Source of the DNA: Geosiphon pyriformis uo1 | Taxonomy: Eukaryota > Fungi > Glomeromycota | Direction: 5' to 3' | DNA length: 64,000 nt | NCBI GenBank assembly: GCA_016748015.1 | Contig: JAAOMT010000521.1 | Span: 156,907-220,906 of the forward strand | Shown here: in pieces, positions 52,790 through 64,000 of the stretch | How the letters are laid out: every line of letters begins with the position of its first letter | How positions within the stretch are numbered: the stretch's first letter is position 1 | The notes under the pieces: model-generated | Told to the model about the DNA's origin: nothing | What the model saw: the letters and a program-made list of their open reading frames with translations, nothing else | The model's database searches: none | Position numbers and translations under genes: made by a program

Positions 52790-53020
52790 TTTTTCATTAA
52801 TTACCTTTAAAATAAAGTTATTATGTCTTGTGCAAGATACCCAATCAAAAGGTCAGCCAAAATTTTTTTTGAAGGATATTTAGGTACGCTTTTTAAAATT
52901 GTGAAAAATATTAAAAGTTTTGAGATTATTGTTTTGAACTTTTTCGAGGAAAATATTAGGCTATATTTACTTTAAAAACAGAGATTTAAATCTAAATAGT
53001 GTAAAAATAAAAATAAGAGG
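52790..53020 (-). pseudogene. 5' relic of an L6-type lipase gene downstream of L8
   Basis: GTGCAAGATACCCAATCAAAAGGTCAG..GTTTTGAGATTATTGTTTTGAACTTTTTCGAGGAAA matches L6 exon 1 (~48750-48890). Confidence 0.7.
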
Positions 53021-53843
53021 TGATTTTAGATTTGATTACGGGATATTGTGATCAATAAATCCAAACAAAAAATTTGAGATTCAATTTTGAAATTTGTTAG
53101 TATTTAATCTATTTAAAGCTTAATAACTTTTTAAATAAAAAAACACAAATTGTCAACACAACAAATATAAAAAAATATTGGAAATGTAAATTATTTTTTA
53201 GATTATTTTCAGTCAAATATATATTTTTTTCTTTATTGCTTTCTCGCTTTCTATTAATAGATTTGTTTTTTAGGATGATTTTAAATATATTATATCTTTG
53301 AATATCAAAATTCAAAAACTTTGCAAAGTTATCTTTTATTAAAAAATTAATATCCTAAATTTAAAAAATTGGCAAAATTTGTAAATTTTCAATAGAATTT
53401 TGATTCTATTATTTCACAAGATTTGAAAGTTTATTTGAACTAAAGCAAAACCTGCATTTTAAAGTATTTTAGTTACAGGTTTAAAATTAATAAAAAGGTA
53501 TTATATTAAAAAAAAAACTTGAATATTCAATCAAATCTTTGAAAAATTTTCATCCAAGGTAATCTCTATTTTAATAAAAATATATTAATGGTTTCAATAA
53601 GATACAAAGAAAATCAAAAAATTTTTTAAATAGGATAGTACACCGTTTTTTAAGTCAATAAAAACAATTGTATACTCAATATTTATTTCCCTTTAGTGCT
53701 TTTTTTAATCCATTTTACATTCGAAAGAATTTTCAAGAGTTGGAATTTTATAGATAAACGCTTTTATGTTTATTGAAATTAAAAGTCTCCCAATTGGTGT
53801 AATTTAAAAGTATTCTCTATGATTTGGAGGTTCAAAAAGTACC

Positions 53844-55169
53844 TTAATCATTATACATTGAAAGATTTAATTGAATATTATTCGGGCTACAATCATTCAT
53901 TGTTATCCCAAAATATGGTCCTTTATGTATAAAATTACCCGGCACATTATCGATTGACTGTCCAGCATTACAATTCTTTTAAAGTCAAAAATGATAAAAA
54001 TAAGTTCTCTTTCATTGACATTTATCCATAAGTAACAATATTAATCAAAGACTAACCTCATTTTCTCCAGACATGACAGTGTTCTGAAACAACTTTTCAT
54101 AAGATAACTGACCACGGTAAAAATGCATTACATTAGGGTATCTATAACCTATACACTCATACAATGAATATTCGCCATTATTTTCCTCTGTTGAACAATT
54201 GCATGAAGAAATCCAATACTCTATCTCAGAATGTTCCCAAAGGTGATTTCCAACCCCACGCCGTGGAAAATGTGGAACATGATCGTTAAAATAGGTGATT
54301 CGCTCAACATTCAATATTTGGTTGACCATTCGGGCAAATATACGGTTACCAACCCTCGGGGCACCAAATGTAATGGCTGAGATTGCCAAGGGATAATCAG
54401 GTATGGCATAATATGGTACAAATACCCATGACAGTGCAGCGATTATTGCATAAGCTGTAAATTCATTTTTTTTGGAAATTAATAATTTTCCTTTGAATTT
54501 TTATAAACCTTTTTGATTGTAAAACGTACCACCACCAATTGAATGCCCCACAAAGTGGATTTTATAAATTGAAAATCGATTATCGTCTAATACAGGGCTT
54601 AATCTTTTAAATAACGATTCACGCTCACGTAAAAAATTATTTTGCCAATATTCATCAACCAAGATCAATGAATTGAGTTTCTTTCCTGCTGGTTTTAAGG
54701 TTGTTAGCTGAGTGTTTCGAGTTTCCCATTGATTTTTTGTCAGTTCAGGTCCTTTGATGAGCGAATTAAATAATTCAAGATTTAATTCCTTATTTCGTAG
54801 TTGTTGTTATTGTTATTATTGATAAAAAATTTGATTTATATAACTTTTATTACCCTTAAAAGACACAACTATTGCTTTGCTGGATTCATGTACGTTAATG
54901 CTAACTTCAAATTAGAATAATAAAATTAATTAAATGAACCTTTTAAAATTCTCAAATTTAACTAAAAAATTTAAACCTTTAAAATGGGGATTAAAATATC
55001 CCAATGGCCTTCTGTTCGCTTCGCAATATATAAGATTCGAATAATGTGCCGCCAAGGTAAATTTTTGAAAAATATCTCTAGGAAGATCTATCAAATGTTG
55101 TGAATTTCCATTAGGCGAAAATATTAATAATATTAATAAGTAATTGGTTGGGTTGAAAATTTTATACAT
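53844..55169 (-). CDS. Class-3 lipase L8 with intact Ser-Asp-His triad (GHSIGG) and a shortened N-terminus
   Basis: Five exons read open by hand. GHSIGG (TCA at 54542-54540), TFGAPRVGN, NDHVPHFP, HKGPYFG. In-frame loss of ~69 codons after LLIFS relative to L3/L7. Confidence 0.88.
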
Positions 55170-57299
55170 TTCAAACCTATCCTTGCTGTATCTTAAAGTA
55201 TCCAATAAAATTCTAAAAATTAAAATTTTATATAAACCACATGGAATGCAGGATCGGTGTATGTGTTTGCTTGATAGATAGCAAGGATAATAAATGTGAA
55301 ATTGCAAACAAATGAGGATTTCTCATGTTTCTATTAAGCTTTTTTCAGCTTTAGAAGTATATAGCATTGATTTTAATCTTTTCAAATCATATATAAATAA
55401 AAATTTTTGTGATACACCAAAAAAAATTTATTTAATAATAGATTATATTAGGGGAAAATTGTGATACCTAAACACAATTTTAAGATAACGGTTTTAATAA
55501 TAATAAGCCTAGAATAGATTTTGTTAAGAACCAATTTTTCAGCTTCAAACCTAAAAATAATTTTAAAAAAGAGATGTAAATATTAAAAGTAAGCAACAAG
55601 TCATTTTAATAAAGCATTTTTCTTGCTGATAAGTTTACATTTTTATTAAACCAACTACATGTATTTTTTTTGCTGTTTTTATTATGATTACTTAAATTTA
55701 GTTTTTTTTCTTTCTGCGTCCACTTACATCTGTTCCCTTTCCATTGGAAAATATTTTCGGCTGTTTTTTTTGTGACATGATCATGATTGAATAATTTACA
55801 CCAACCTATCCATCTATTTTCAGAATAAAAAACTCTTGTTTATTAAATTAGCATATGTTCTCTTTTTCCGTCCATAGATTAAAATCATAGAAAGTTAGCA
55901 ATTTTTTTACAAACTCTTAATAAAATAAAGGAAGTGGACATTATTGATCAGTGAATTTTTGCAATTTAATTTGTTTTTTTACCATTTAAATACCTATGAA
56001 TTATCCAATAATATTGCTGCAAAAATAACCAATTGTTATGTGCTTACAATACAACTTTTGACAACCAGGTACAAGTTATATTACAACAATACAAAATAAA
56101 AGCAGCTCTGATTATATGTTTTTTTGTCAACACTCAACAGTTGTACTGTCTTTTATAAAAGTTTTTAACAATAAAAAAATCTTCTAATAAAGAATAACTG
56201 GAGTATAACTGGCAGTTTTTGCTTATCTAAAGCCAGATAATATCTTATAAACCTGTGACAAATAACAAGGACTTTTAATTATTGTATTTGAAATTCTAAT
56301 ATATAATTTACATTTTGAGACCGAAAATAACACTGAATAATCTAATCTTTAATATGAAAAACATTGCTAACAATCAGGCGGCTTCTAAACAAACCTTGTA
56401 CTTATGCAGAATTCTAGTTTTTTTTAATGTGTAGTATCGAAATTTGTTTGATTTCCAAAAATAACAATAATGCTTACACTAATCTCAAAATAAAGTATAT
56501 ATATATTCCTAACAGAATAAATTAACCAAATGATAACTTTTATTCAATTAAGGTAATTGTTTTGCAGTGTTTTTCTTTCATTAGTTCAATATTGATTCTC
56601 AATTAGAGTCTAAATATTCATTTTCCCCCTTTATTTACAAATAATAGAACTATTAGTTTTATTTAGGTTAAAAATAGCAAATGAAATTTGGAAATATATA
56701 TAACTTATAGATTTTTATCGCAAATGGTAATTATTTGCAGCATAATAAATTTTTTTTTGGTTTATCATTATAATTTTATTATTAGGTTAATTCCATATTT
56801 TTTGGTAAAAAATTTAATTCAAGTTAATAAAAATTATTCAATGTTATTCAAAAATCTAAGCAATTATTATTTAAAACAAACCAAATGGGTAAAAAAATGT
56901 TAAAGTGCAATTTAAAAATATGAAAATTTTTACTTGTTTGATTAAAAAACATTAAGCTAACTATACTTTTGCTTGGTTTTTTTAAAAAATGAAATTATAA
57001 TTATTTTTCATTAAAAAAATTCATTATTATGGTTTTATTATAAACCTTCAAATTGATATTTAATTTTATGAATAAATGAATTTGTATATTTAGTTTTACC
57101 TAAGAAATTTTATATTTTATTTCCACACTCATAACCATAATTTGGCTTATTTTCTATGTAATAAAGTGATTTATCTTTAATAGTCTAAGACTTAGTTTAA
57201 TCAAAAAAAAAATTTAATTTAGCAGCAATATAAACATCTGTTTTCAGAATTTCAATCATAGATTTTTATATGTGGTTTTAGAGGCTTTTACTTTGCATA

Positions 57300-59520
57300 A
57301 AAGATTCTATTTATGATGTCTACTACTTCAGATCATATATAGAGTTTAGCTATTTTCACAGTCTTTATTCGATTTCTACCATTCTTTTCATACTACCATT
57401 TTGTAAAAAAGCTCAAACCAGCATATTTGGAAAAACAGCTATCATCAAAAGGCAAACTCGAATTACCTAAAAATTTACAGAACTTTTGCATAAACAAACC
57501 AAACTCGGATTACCAAAGGTAATGCTTTACCATTCTCAAAATAGATCAAGAAATTTAAAGTCGTTCAATTATTTAAAGTGTGAAGAAATTTGTTTGGAAA
57601 AAAAATTTATTCCAAAACTCAACATATCTAATATGTTGACCTTGCTGAATAAACAATTTATTCCAATTAGAATAATCCTAGTATTTCTCATTTTAAATTT
57701 TTAACTACAGCTATGAATTATCAAGTTTTTAATAATCTCTTGGTCGGCAATTACCAAACCTCGCTCTGGCAAATAATAATATTCTTCTTTCAATTCTCCG
57801 CTCTAATAATCAAAACGTTCCTAGTATAAATCCCAATGATACTTCCTCGTTTAAATGGCTTCAATATCATCTGTAGACGTATTCAAACTTCGATAGTTAT
57901 TCAAATCAACAAAAGTTTTTCAAATTTTTATTTAATTTTAAAATTTAAAATAATAATTATCAACATAGCTTCAAGAAATATAGAGTCTTTAATATTAATA
58001 CAATAATAACAATTACAATTAAACTAAATTTTTTTAAGTTCAATAGTAATATAAGTGAAGATTTTGTTTCTTTCCAAAGTTCGACTAAAAAATAGTGTAA
58101 GCATTAGGTGAGATTCAATTTGATAAAAATTAAATGTTCAAAATTAAATTATACTCATACACATTTAACTCGGAGTTCAAAAGTTTCATCTAAAAACTGT
58201 ATATGAATAAATGCTAATACGAGTGAACCATTCATTTTTAACTATTATATTGAGGTCTTTTGTGATTTCCAGAATCACTTATTGAAGTCGTAATATATAT
58301 TCTGGCATCCTGATTCTGATTCTGATTCTGATTTATTAGACTTATGATCAATAATTTCGACACAACTAGACTTGTAATCTTCAAAGGTTCTGAAAGATTT
58401 ATATTCATGTTCATTTAATTTTGGTGAAATTCATGGTTCCATGATCATTTAGACACACGGATTCAATCACCATAGCTTAAAATCAACAACCACCACCCAT
58501 TACGTATTTCAATTAGATATTGACATCAAAACTTTTTAATAGAAAATAAACAATAAACCTTTTTTGCTTTCTTGTCATTGGGGTTCTAAAAGATTTGATT
58601 CAAACAAAATAAACAAATGAATGATAATTAATCTTTAAATAAATTTCCCAGTAATCAAAAAAGTAAAAATAACTACATTTATCTGCTCCGAATTGATTCA
58701 ATTAAAATATTAAGTGCGCCTACTGATCATACCATCTTTATCAACAATATATTATGTCGTCCCTTGTAGATCGACTATGACAAAGTTAACAACAGAAATA
58801 TCCACATAGACTAAATCAGGTCGTTGTTACTTGGTGACAATGGGGCGATCATTCGAAGAAATGGGTCTGCTGACCAAACCATCTTTGTCAGAAAAGCAAA
58901 ACGTCGTCAAGAAACCATTTATTGATATCATCACTCTTAATACGATAATTGTTTTCAGAACGCAAACAAAAATTGGAAGATCAAATAGCAATCTAACTAT
59001 TAAATACTTTAACCATATTTTGTCATATACACTATCATTCATATATTTTCAATGGGTTTGATATGTAATGACTCATAAAAAAAGTGTGGTATAATCAAAA
59101 ATATCTAGCAGAAAAATAAATGAGAATAAATATTATATGTAGTAAAAATTTACTATCTTTAATCAATTGTCAAATTTTGTGATAAAAAAACTTTTTTTCA
59201 GAGTCTTATATTTGTTAAAATTATTCATTGTCTTATTAGCGGCTGAAAACAACACTTTGCCGCCAAAGCTGATCTCTTCAATTATTAATCATTTGATTAA
59301 TAATAAAAATCCAAAATTTGTAATTGCAGATGCAAAATTTAGTCTTGATAATTGTTTTTTTAACTGCTTTTTTTTAACAGCTGCTAACTTCTTTGAATCA
59401 GTCACAATTGCAGTCTCATGTGGTGCAAAATATAGATTTATTTTTGATATTTTTACAACTAATGTTATAATTAACAGAATTAAATTTTCCGAAATTCTGT
59501 GTCAAAATAGTTGTTCAAAG
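57300..59520 (-). pseudogene. Unidentified decayed coding relic(s)
   Basis: Locally higher GC and codon-like stretches interrupted by many stops (e.g. LNEHEYKSFRTFEDYKSSCVEIID, SSNDRPIVTK*QRPDLVYVD). Family not recognised; strand tentative. Confidence 0.3.
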
Positions 59521-62189
59521 TAGCATTTTGAGTTAATTGTGCAAACTTTGAATTTTTTATTCGAGAAAATGAGGCTAAATCGCTCTGAAAGCCTAAAAAG
59601 ATTTTGTTTAAATTATAAAAAAAGTATAAAGTTAATAAAGAAGCAATTAGAGTAGTTTTAGATGGTGTAAAATATTTTTAATCATTTTGGGTGGCTATTC
59701 ACATATAAAAAGTGTGTAACTATATTTGTTTTACAACAAATTTTGTAAATAAAGATTGTAAAAAAATTACATTCAATAAATAAAACAATATATATATATA
59801 TTATATTAAATAAATTATTAATAATGCACAAAACGATATTGTTAATTTTAAATTTAATTTGTAAAAAACAATATTTTTATTAAAAATCAGTAATTTTTAA
59901 AATTGAAAAATATATATTCTTTCAATAATATCTAGTATTGCATGATTTTTTGATATTTATTTATTTACTTTTATTTTGTTTTATCTTGCTTTTAATTTTT
60001 TTTTACTACTTTTACCATTTTACTTTCAAATACATTATCTTTTGAATTGTTCCAATATCAAAATAAATTATTCAAATAACATAATCTGATTTCAGAAAGC
60101 AAGTAATTCTCTTGTTTTAACTCCTATAGAGAGTAAATTTTAAGTATGGAAAGAGTCTACAAAAACAAATTATAGTTACTCTAACTTTAGATTCAGCTAT
60201 TTTTTTGTTGTCAGAGTGTTTTTATTATAAATTTTCCAAGATAATAATTTATTACAGTTTCTATTAATTAACAAATCAAAAAATTACAAAAACAAATTAT
60301 TCATAATTTGATTTGCTTATGACAAATATTAAAAAAATTTAAATTTTTATTCTAAGAAAGCAATGAAAAATAATTTTTATAAACATCTAATTTTATAATG
60401 AAAATACATTTTTTTGTTGAATTCATATAGTCAATATAAAATTATTTAAATAATATGACTTTTCTTCAACATCCAATAATTTACTAGATATGGACAGATT
60501 GTAATTTATTAATTCTAACTTTTATTTATATTTACAATTTTTAAATCATTTTATAAATTTATAATGTACTTTCCAATTTAAAAATTATTCATGGTAAAAT
60601 AATAATAAATAAATAATTTAAAAATTAGTGTTAAGCGTGCACTCAAAAAAATTAAATATACAGTAAAATATTGTACATAATATTTTTGTTTTTATGCTTT
60701 GATTATTATAAAAAATTATAAACTTATTCAATAAATATTGAGTGTCTTGAGCTTTTTTCTAGGTAATCATGATTGTGGCATCAGAGTATAAAATTATAGC
60801 TAAAACTTTATGTTCAGATCGAATTTACTTTTGTGCACAATTCTACCATTTGCAAATTATAAAATCGCAACATGAGTAATATTTAGTAAATTTGTTAGTG
60901 TAGCTATATTATTGGGATCAAAAAATTTTACTTGTCTTAATTAATACATAAATCTCTCGCCAGTCAAAAATACAATTTGCCGCGATTTTTTTATTCTAAA
61001 AAATTTCTTTAATTGCTGAAATTATTGGCCGATATTCAAAGGAATACATATGATCTTTTTACTTGTATAGTGTGTTTGTGTAAAAACTTTAATTGATTTG
61101 CCTTTTGTATGTCTAGAAATTGAAGGTAATTTTTCATTGATCAAGATATTATTTTTTGGAATCTGTCCATATTTTTTTTAAGAATCTTAATATTGTATCC
61201 CCAACGTTATAAGAAAGCTCGTATTAAATCGTCTAATTAACAGTAACAATTAAATGTAATAAAAAGTTACTAACTTCAAAATAAATTTGATTTGAAACAC
61301 TTGCAAATCAACATCAATATAATCATAAAATCAATTCAAAATACTTTGATCTTTAAATTTACATTTTACAAAATGAAGACCAAAATATTCATTAAATTAA
61401 AGTTGACGACAATTTTGGGAAATATTCATGTGTAAATAATGGCGAATTCGGAAAATTGCAGGTTGTGTAAATAATGTCACAATCGAAAAATATTGATGGA
61501 GAACTTGGGAACAATGAGGGAATTCGGGAAATATCAATGGAAATTTTAGGAAATTGTAATGCGAACACAGGAAATATAAATTGCAGATTGTATAATAGCA
61601 GAATTGGGAAATCTTGCAAATTATGTAGATATCTGTGTAAATAATAGCAGATTTGGACCTGAAATACGACATCAAATTTCGATATTGAATTTGTAAATTC
61701 AAATTGACATTGGCCTTTCAGTCCTGCCTTATAGTAATCAACAAAAGATTATTATTAATGGAAGACATACTTAAAAATCATCGAAACTCATGGATGTTAC
61801 GCCAACTGAAATCGCCTGATTTCAATGATAGTCTGTATTGGTGAAAATCAAATCAACGGTCCAAAATATTCATAAAATTAATAACCTTTTCATGTTTATA
61901 AAATTTCAATATACAGCATTTGGAAAGCCTGTATTATTTATTCCTTATTCACTATTGTCTTTTAAGCTCTATTTATAGTCTTGAAAACATTTTTATTATC
62001 AAATAACATAAACATTAAAATATTTTTAACGGCGGAAATAATATTGTCAAGTTTTATTATAATAATATTTTTTAAAATGATTTAATTTAAAAAAAATCAA
62101 AAGGCAAAACTTTTTGAAGTTAGAAAAACATTAATATTTCCTAAAAACTTTATTTATTTTACCTATGCTTTAAAATAGAGTTTAAATGT

Positions 62190-62700
62190 TTTTGACAGAT
62201 TTCTTGTTGTTCCCATCCTTTTTTTATAACAAAATTCAAGATTTAATAATGCTTTTGTATTACCCATCTCTGCTGCTTTTGAATAGAGTCAAATGCTTTT
62301 TCATCATTTTTCATCATTCCTTCTACATTAGCATAACAAATTCCAAGATTTAATTATCCATCTAAATCTCCTGATTTTGCTACTTTTAAATAGCGTTAAA
62401 TGCTTTTTCCTCATTTTTTGATTGCCCTTGAGATGTTTTTTGAAAAAATGGCTAAATTTTCTTTTTGATAACAATGAAATCTTCTTTAAGACAATTGGAG
62501 GCAAAATCGCGTTTTCAATCAATTAATTGAAAGACATGGTTTTCAAACAACGCAAAGGGATTATCGAATTTCAAATAATTTGTATAGGGAAAGAAAGATT
62601 TCTATATTAATCAATTTAAATCATATTCCCGAAAACGCTAGGCCATGCAATGTTAGAATATGAAAGAAATTTCTGAAAATAGACAGTTATCCGATTGATA
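62190..62700 (-). pseudogene. Sel1-repeat gene relic paralogous to 41116-41847
   Basis: Reverse complement of ~62260-62350 matches 41659-41750 (AATCTTG.AATTTGTTATGCTAATG..GAAAAAGCATTTGAC.CTATTCAAAAGCAGCAGAG); ~62625-62685 matches upstream sequence 40954-41012. Confidence 0.75.
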
Positions 62701-63265
62701 TTTTTTAACGAATAGAGGATTATTTTAAAAATACAGCTTGTTATCAAGATTAAATAAAATCCTTTTGAAGGAAACTAAATAATTTTCATTTTTCAATGAA
62801 AATTATTTAGTTCTCACTTTGAAGGACAATATTAATAACATCTTGAAACATATATGTTGTTATGATTATCATTTTACTCCTGCAAAAATGTGCTTAAAAA
62901 TTAAGCTTTATCTAAATTGGGCCGCAACAATCTTAATAATTTAACCCCCGAGATCTACAACGTTACAAAGAAACAACGTCTTACCAAAAATAAACCATCT
63001 TCTCATTGTCTCTTCAGCGCACAATGCTGGGTATTACTAACAAATTGGCATAACTCGGATCATGTACTACCTTTTCTTTGTTTTGTGCCTATTTAGGAAT
63101 CAATGAGAAATTTTCTATAAATATAGTTAATTTTTTAGATTCAAAAAATAACAAAAAAACCATCTAATTTTAATAATAAACCGAAAATCAAAAATCTCAT
63201 CAAATCTCAATAATAACAAAAATCCACCAATTTCAATAATAACAAAAAATCCATCAAATTTCAAA

Positions 63266-64000
63266 ATGATTTCAAATCTCCATCCAGAAAATTATATCAA
63301 TGGTCCCTTGAACCAGATCGCAAAAAGTTTCCTTGAGTCGATCGATCGTGGAGAAACTTACTGTAATATCGCGCTCGACATCCAAAACAATCTTGAAAGT
63401 CACAATCTTTCCCTGGAATATCTAATTGAAAAACTCACGATTAGAACACATTATGTTCGACAGTTTAGATGCCTCCTCGGATTCTGTCATCAGTATATCA
63501 AGGAATGTTTTGATCCGATAAAAGCATTTGAAGCTTACGAGGTTTCTTCCGATAGTGGTTACTCGTATGGCCATCTATTCCTTGGAATCTGTTTCGAGAC
63601 TGAATTTGGCGTGAAAAAAAATCCAGAAAGAGCTTTCGAATTGTACCTGATGTCTGCGAATGATGGTAATGGACATTCCCAATATAGGCTTGCACGGTGT
63701 TATCAGCGTGAAATAGGAACCATTGCTGATATGGAAAAATCATTAGAATGGTTTCTTAGATCAGCTGAATCTGGTCACTTAGGTGCCCAAAATAACGCCG
63801 GATGCTTTTACAAATCAGGATTAGGTACCCAGCGAGATCTTGTCAAAGCTTTCTATTGGTATCAAACAGCAGCCAGGGCTGGTCTTCCCTGTGCTCAATT
63901 TAATTTGGCCGAGTGCTTTCGAGAGGCACAGGGTACAAAAAGGGATGATAAAAGAGCATTATATTGGTACAAGAAAGCTGCAGCGGGTGATGATTTTAAT
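63266..64000 (+). CDS. Sel1-like repeat protein (runs off the window end)
   Basis: Open from ATG 63266 to the window end (245 codons; absent from the ORF track because it has no stop): LGICFETEFGVKKNPERAFELY, LARCYQREIGTIADMEKSLEWF, AGCFYKSGLGTQRDLVKAFYWY, LAECFREAQGTKRDDKRALYWYKKAA. Confidence 0.92.
   Translation, partial: MISNLHPENYINGPLNQIAKSFLESIDRGETYCNIALDIQNNLESHNLSLEYLIEKLTIRTHYVRQFRCLLGFCHQYIKECFDPIKAFEAYEVSSDSGYSYGHLFLGICFETEFGVKKNPERAFELYLMSANDGNGHSQYRLARCYQREIGTIADMEKSLEWFLRSAESGHLGAQNNAGCFYKSGLGTQRDLVKAFYWYQTAARAGLPCAQFNLAECFREAQGTKRDDKRALYWYKKAAAGDDFN

Noticed and set aside
58100-59520. A ninth lipase mirroring L1
   Set aside because: No GHxxGG, TFGxPR or HxGPY motifs in the frames examined.

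Overview
AT-rich, intron-containing eukaryotic DNA. The gene content (TKL kinases with HRDLHPGNIL/DLG motifs, Sel1-repeat proteins, F-box, CRN-type kinase relic, Sola-type transposase, short GT-AG introns with GACTAAC branch sites) points to a Glomeromycota (arbuscular mycorrhizal-type) fungus; this assignment is inferred. Positions 1-5540 form a CpG-richer block with a multi-exon restriction-endonuclease-fold-like gene whose first exon and intron hairpin are amplified as a 4x ~190-bp tandem array, followed by a kinase relic and a broken Sola transposase. Positions 5.5-28 kb hold AT-rich decayed DNA, a TKL kinase and its pseudogene, a U2 snRNA gene, an F-box gene and orphan genes. Positions 28.6-55.2 kb hold an expanded class-3 lipase cluster (six apparently intact genes, two pseudogenes, further relics), partly arranged as a large inverted duplication around a Sel1 gene, an orphan gene and one lipase. 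In five of the six intact lipases the nucleophile Ser of G-H-S-x-G is replaced (Cys, Ala, Gly, Gly, Ala) while the catalytic Asp and His are kept, giving a candidate family of secreted or anchored pseudo-lipases. Exon structures were derived by hand from splice consensus and reading frame; no database search was run.
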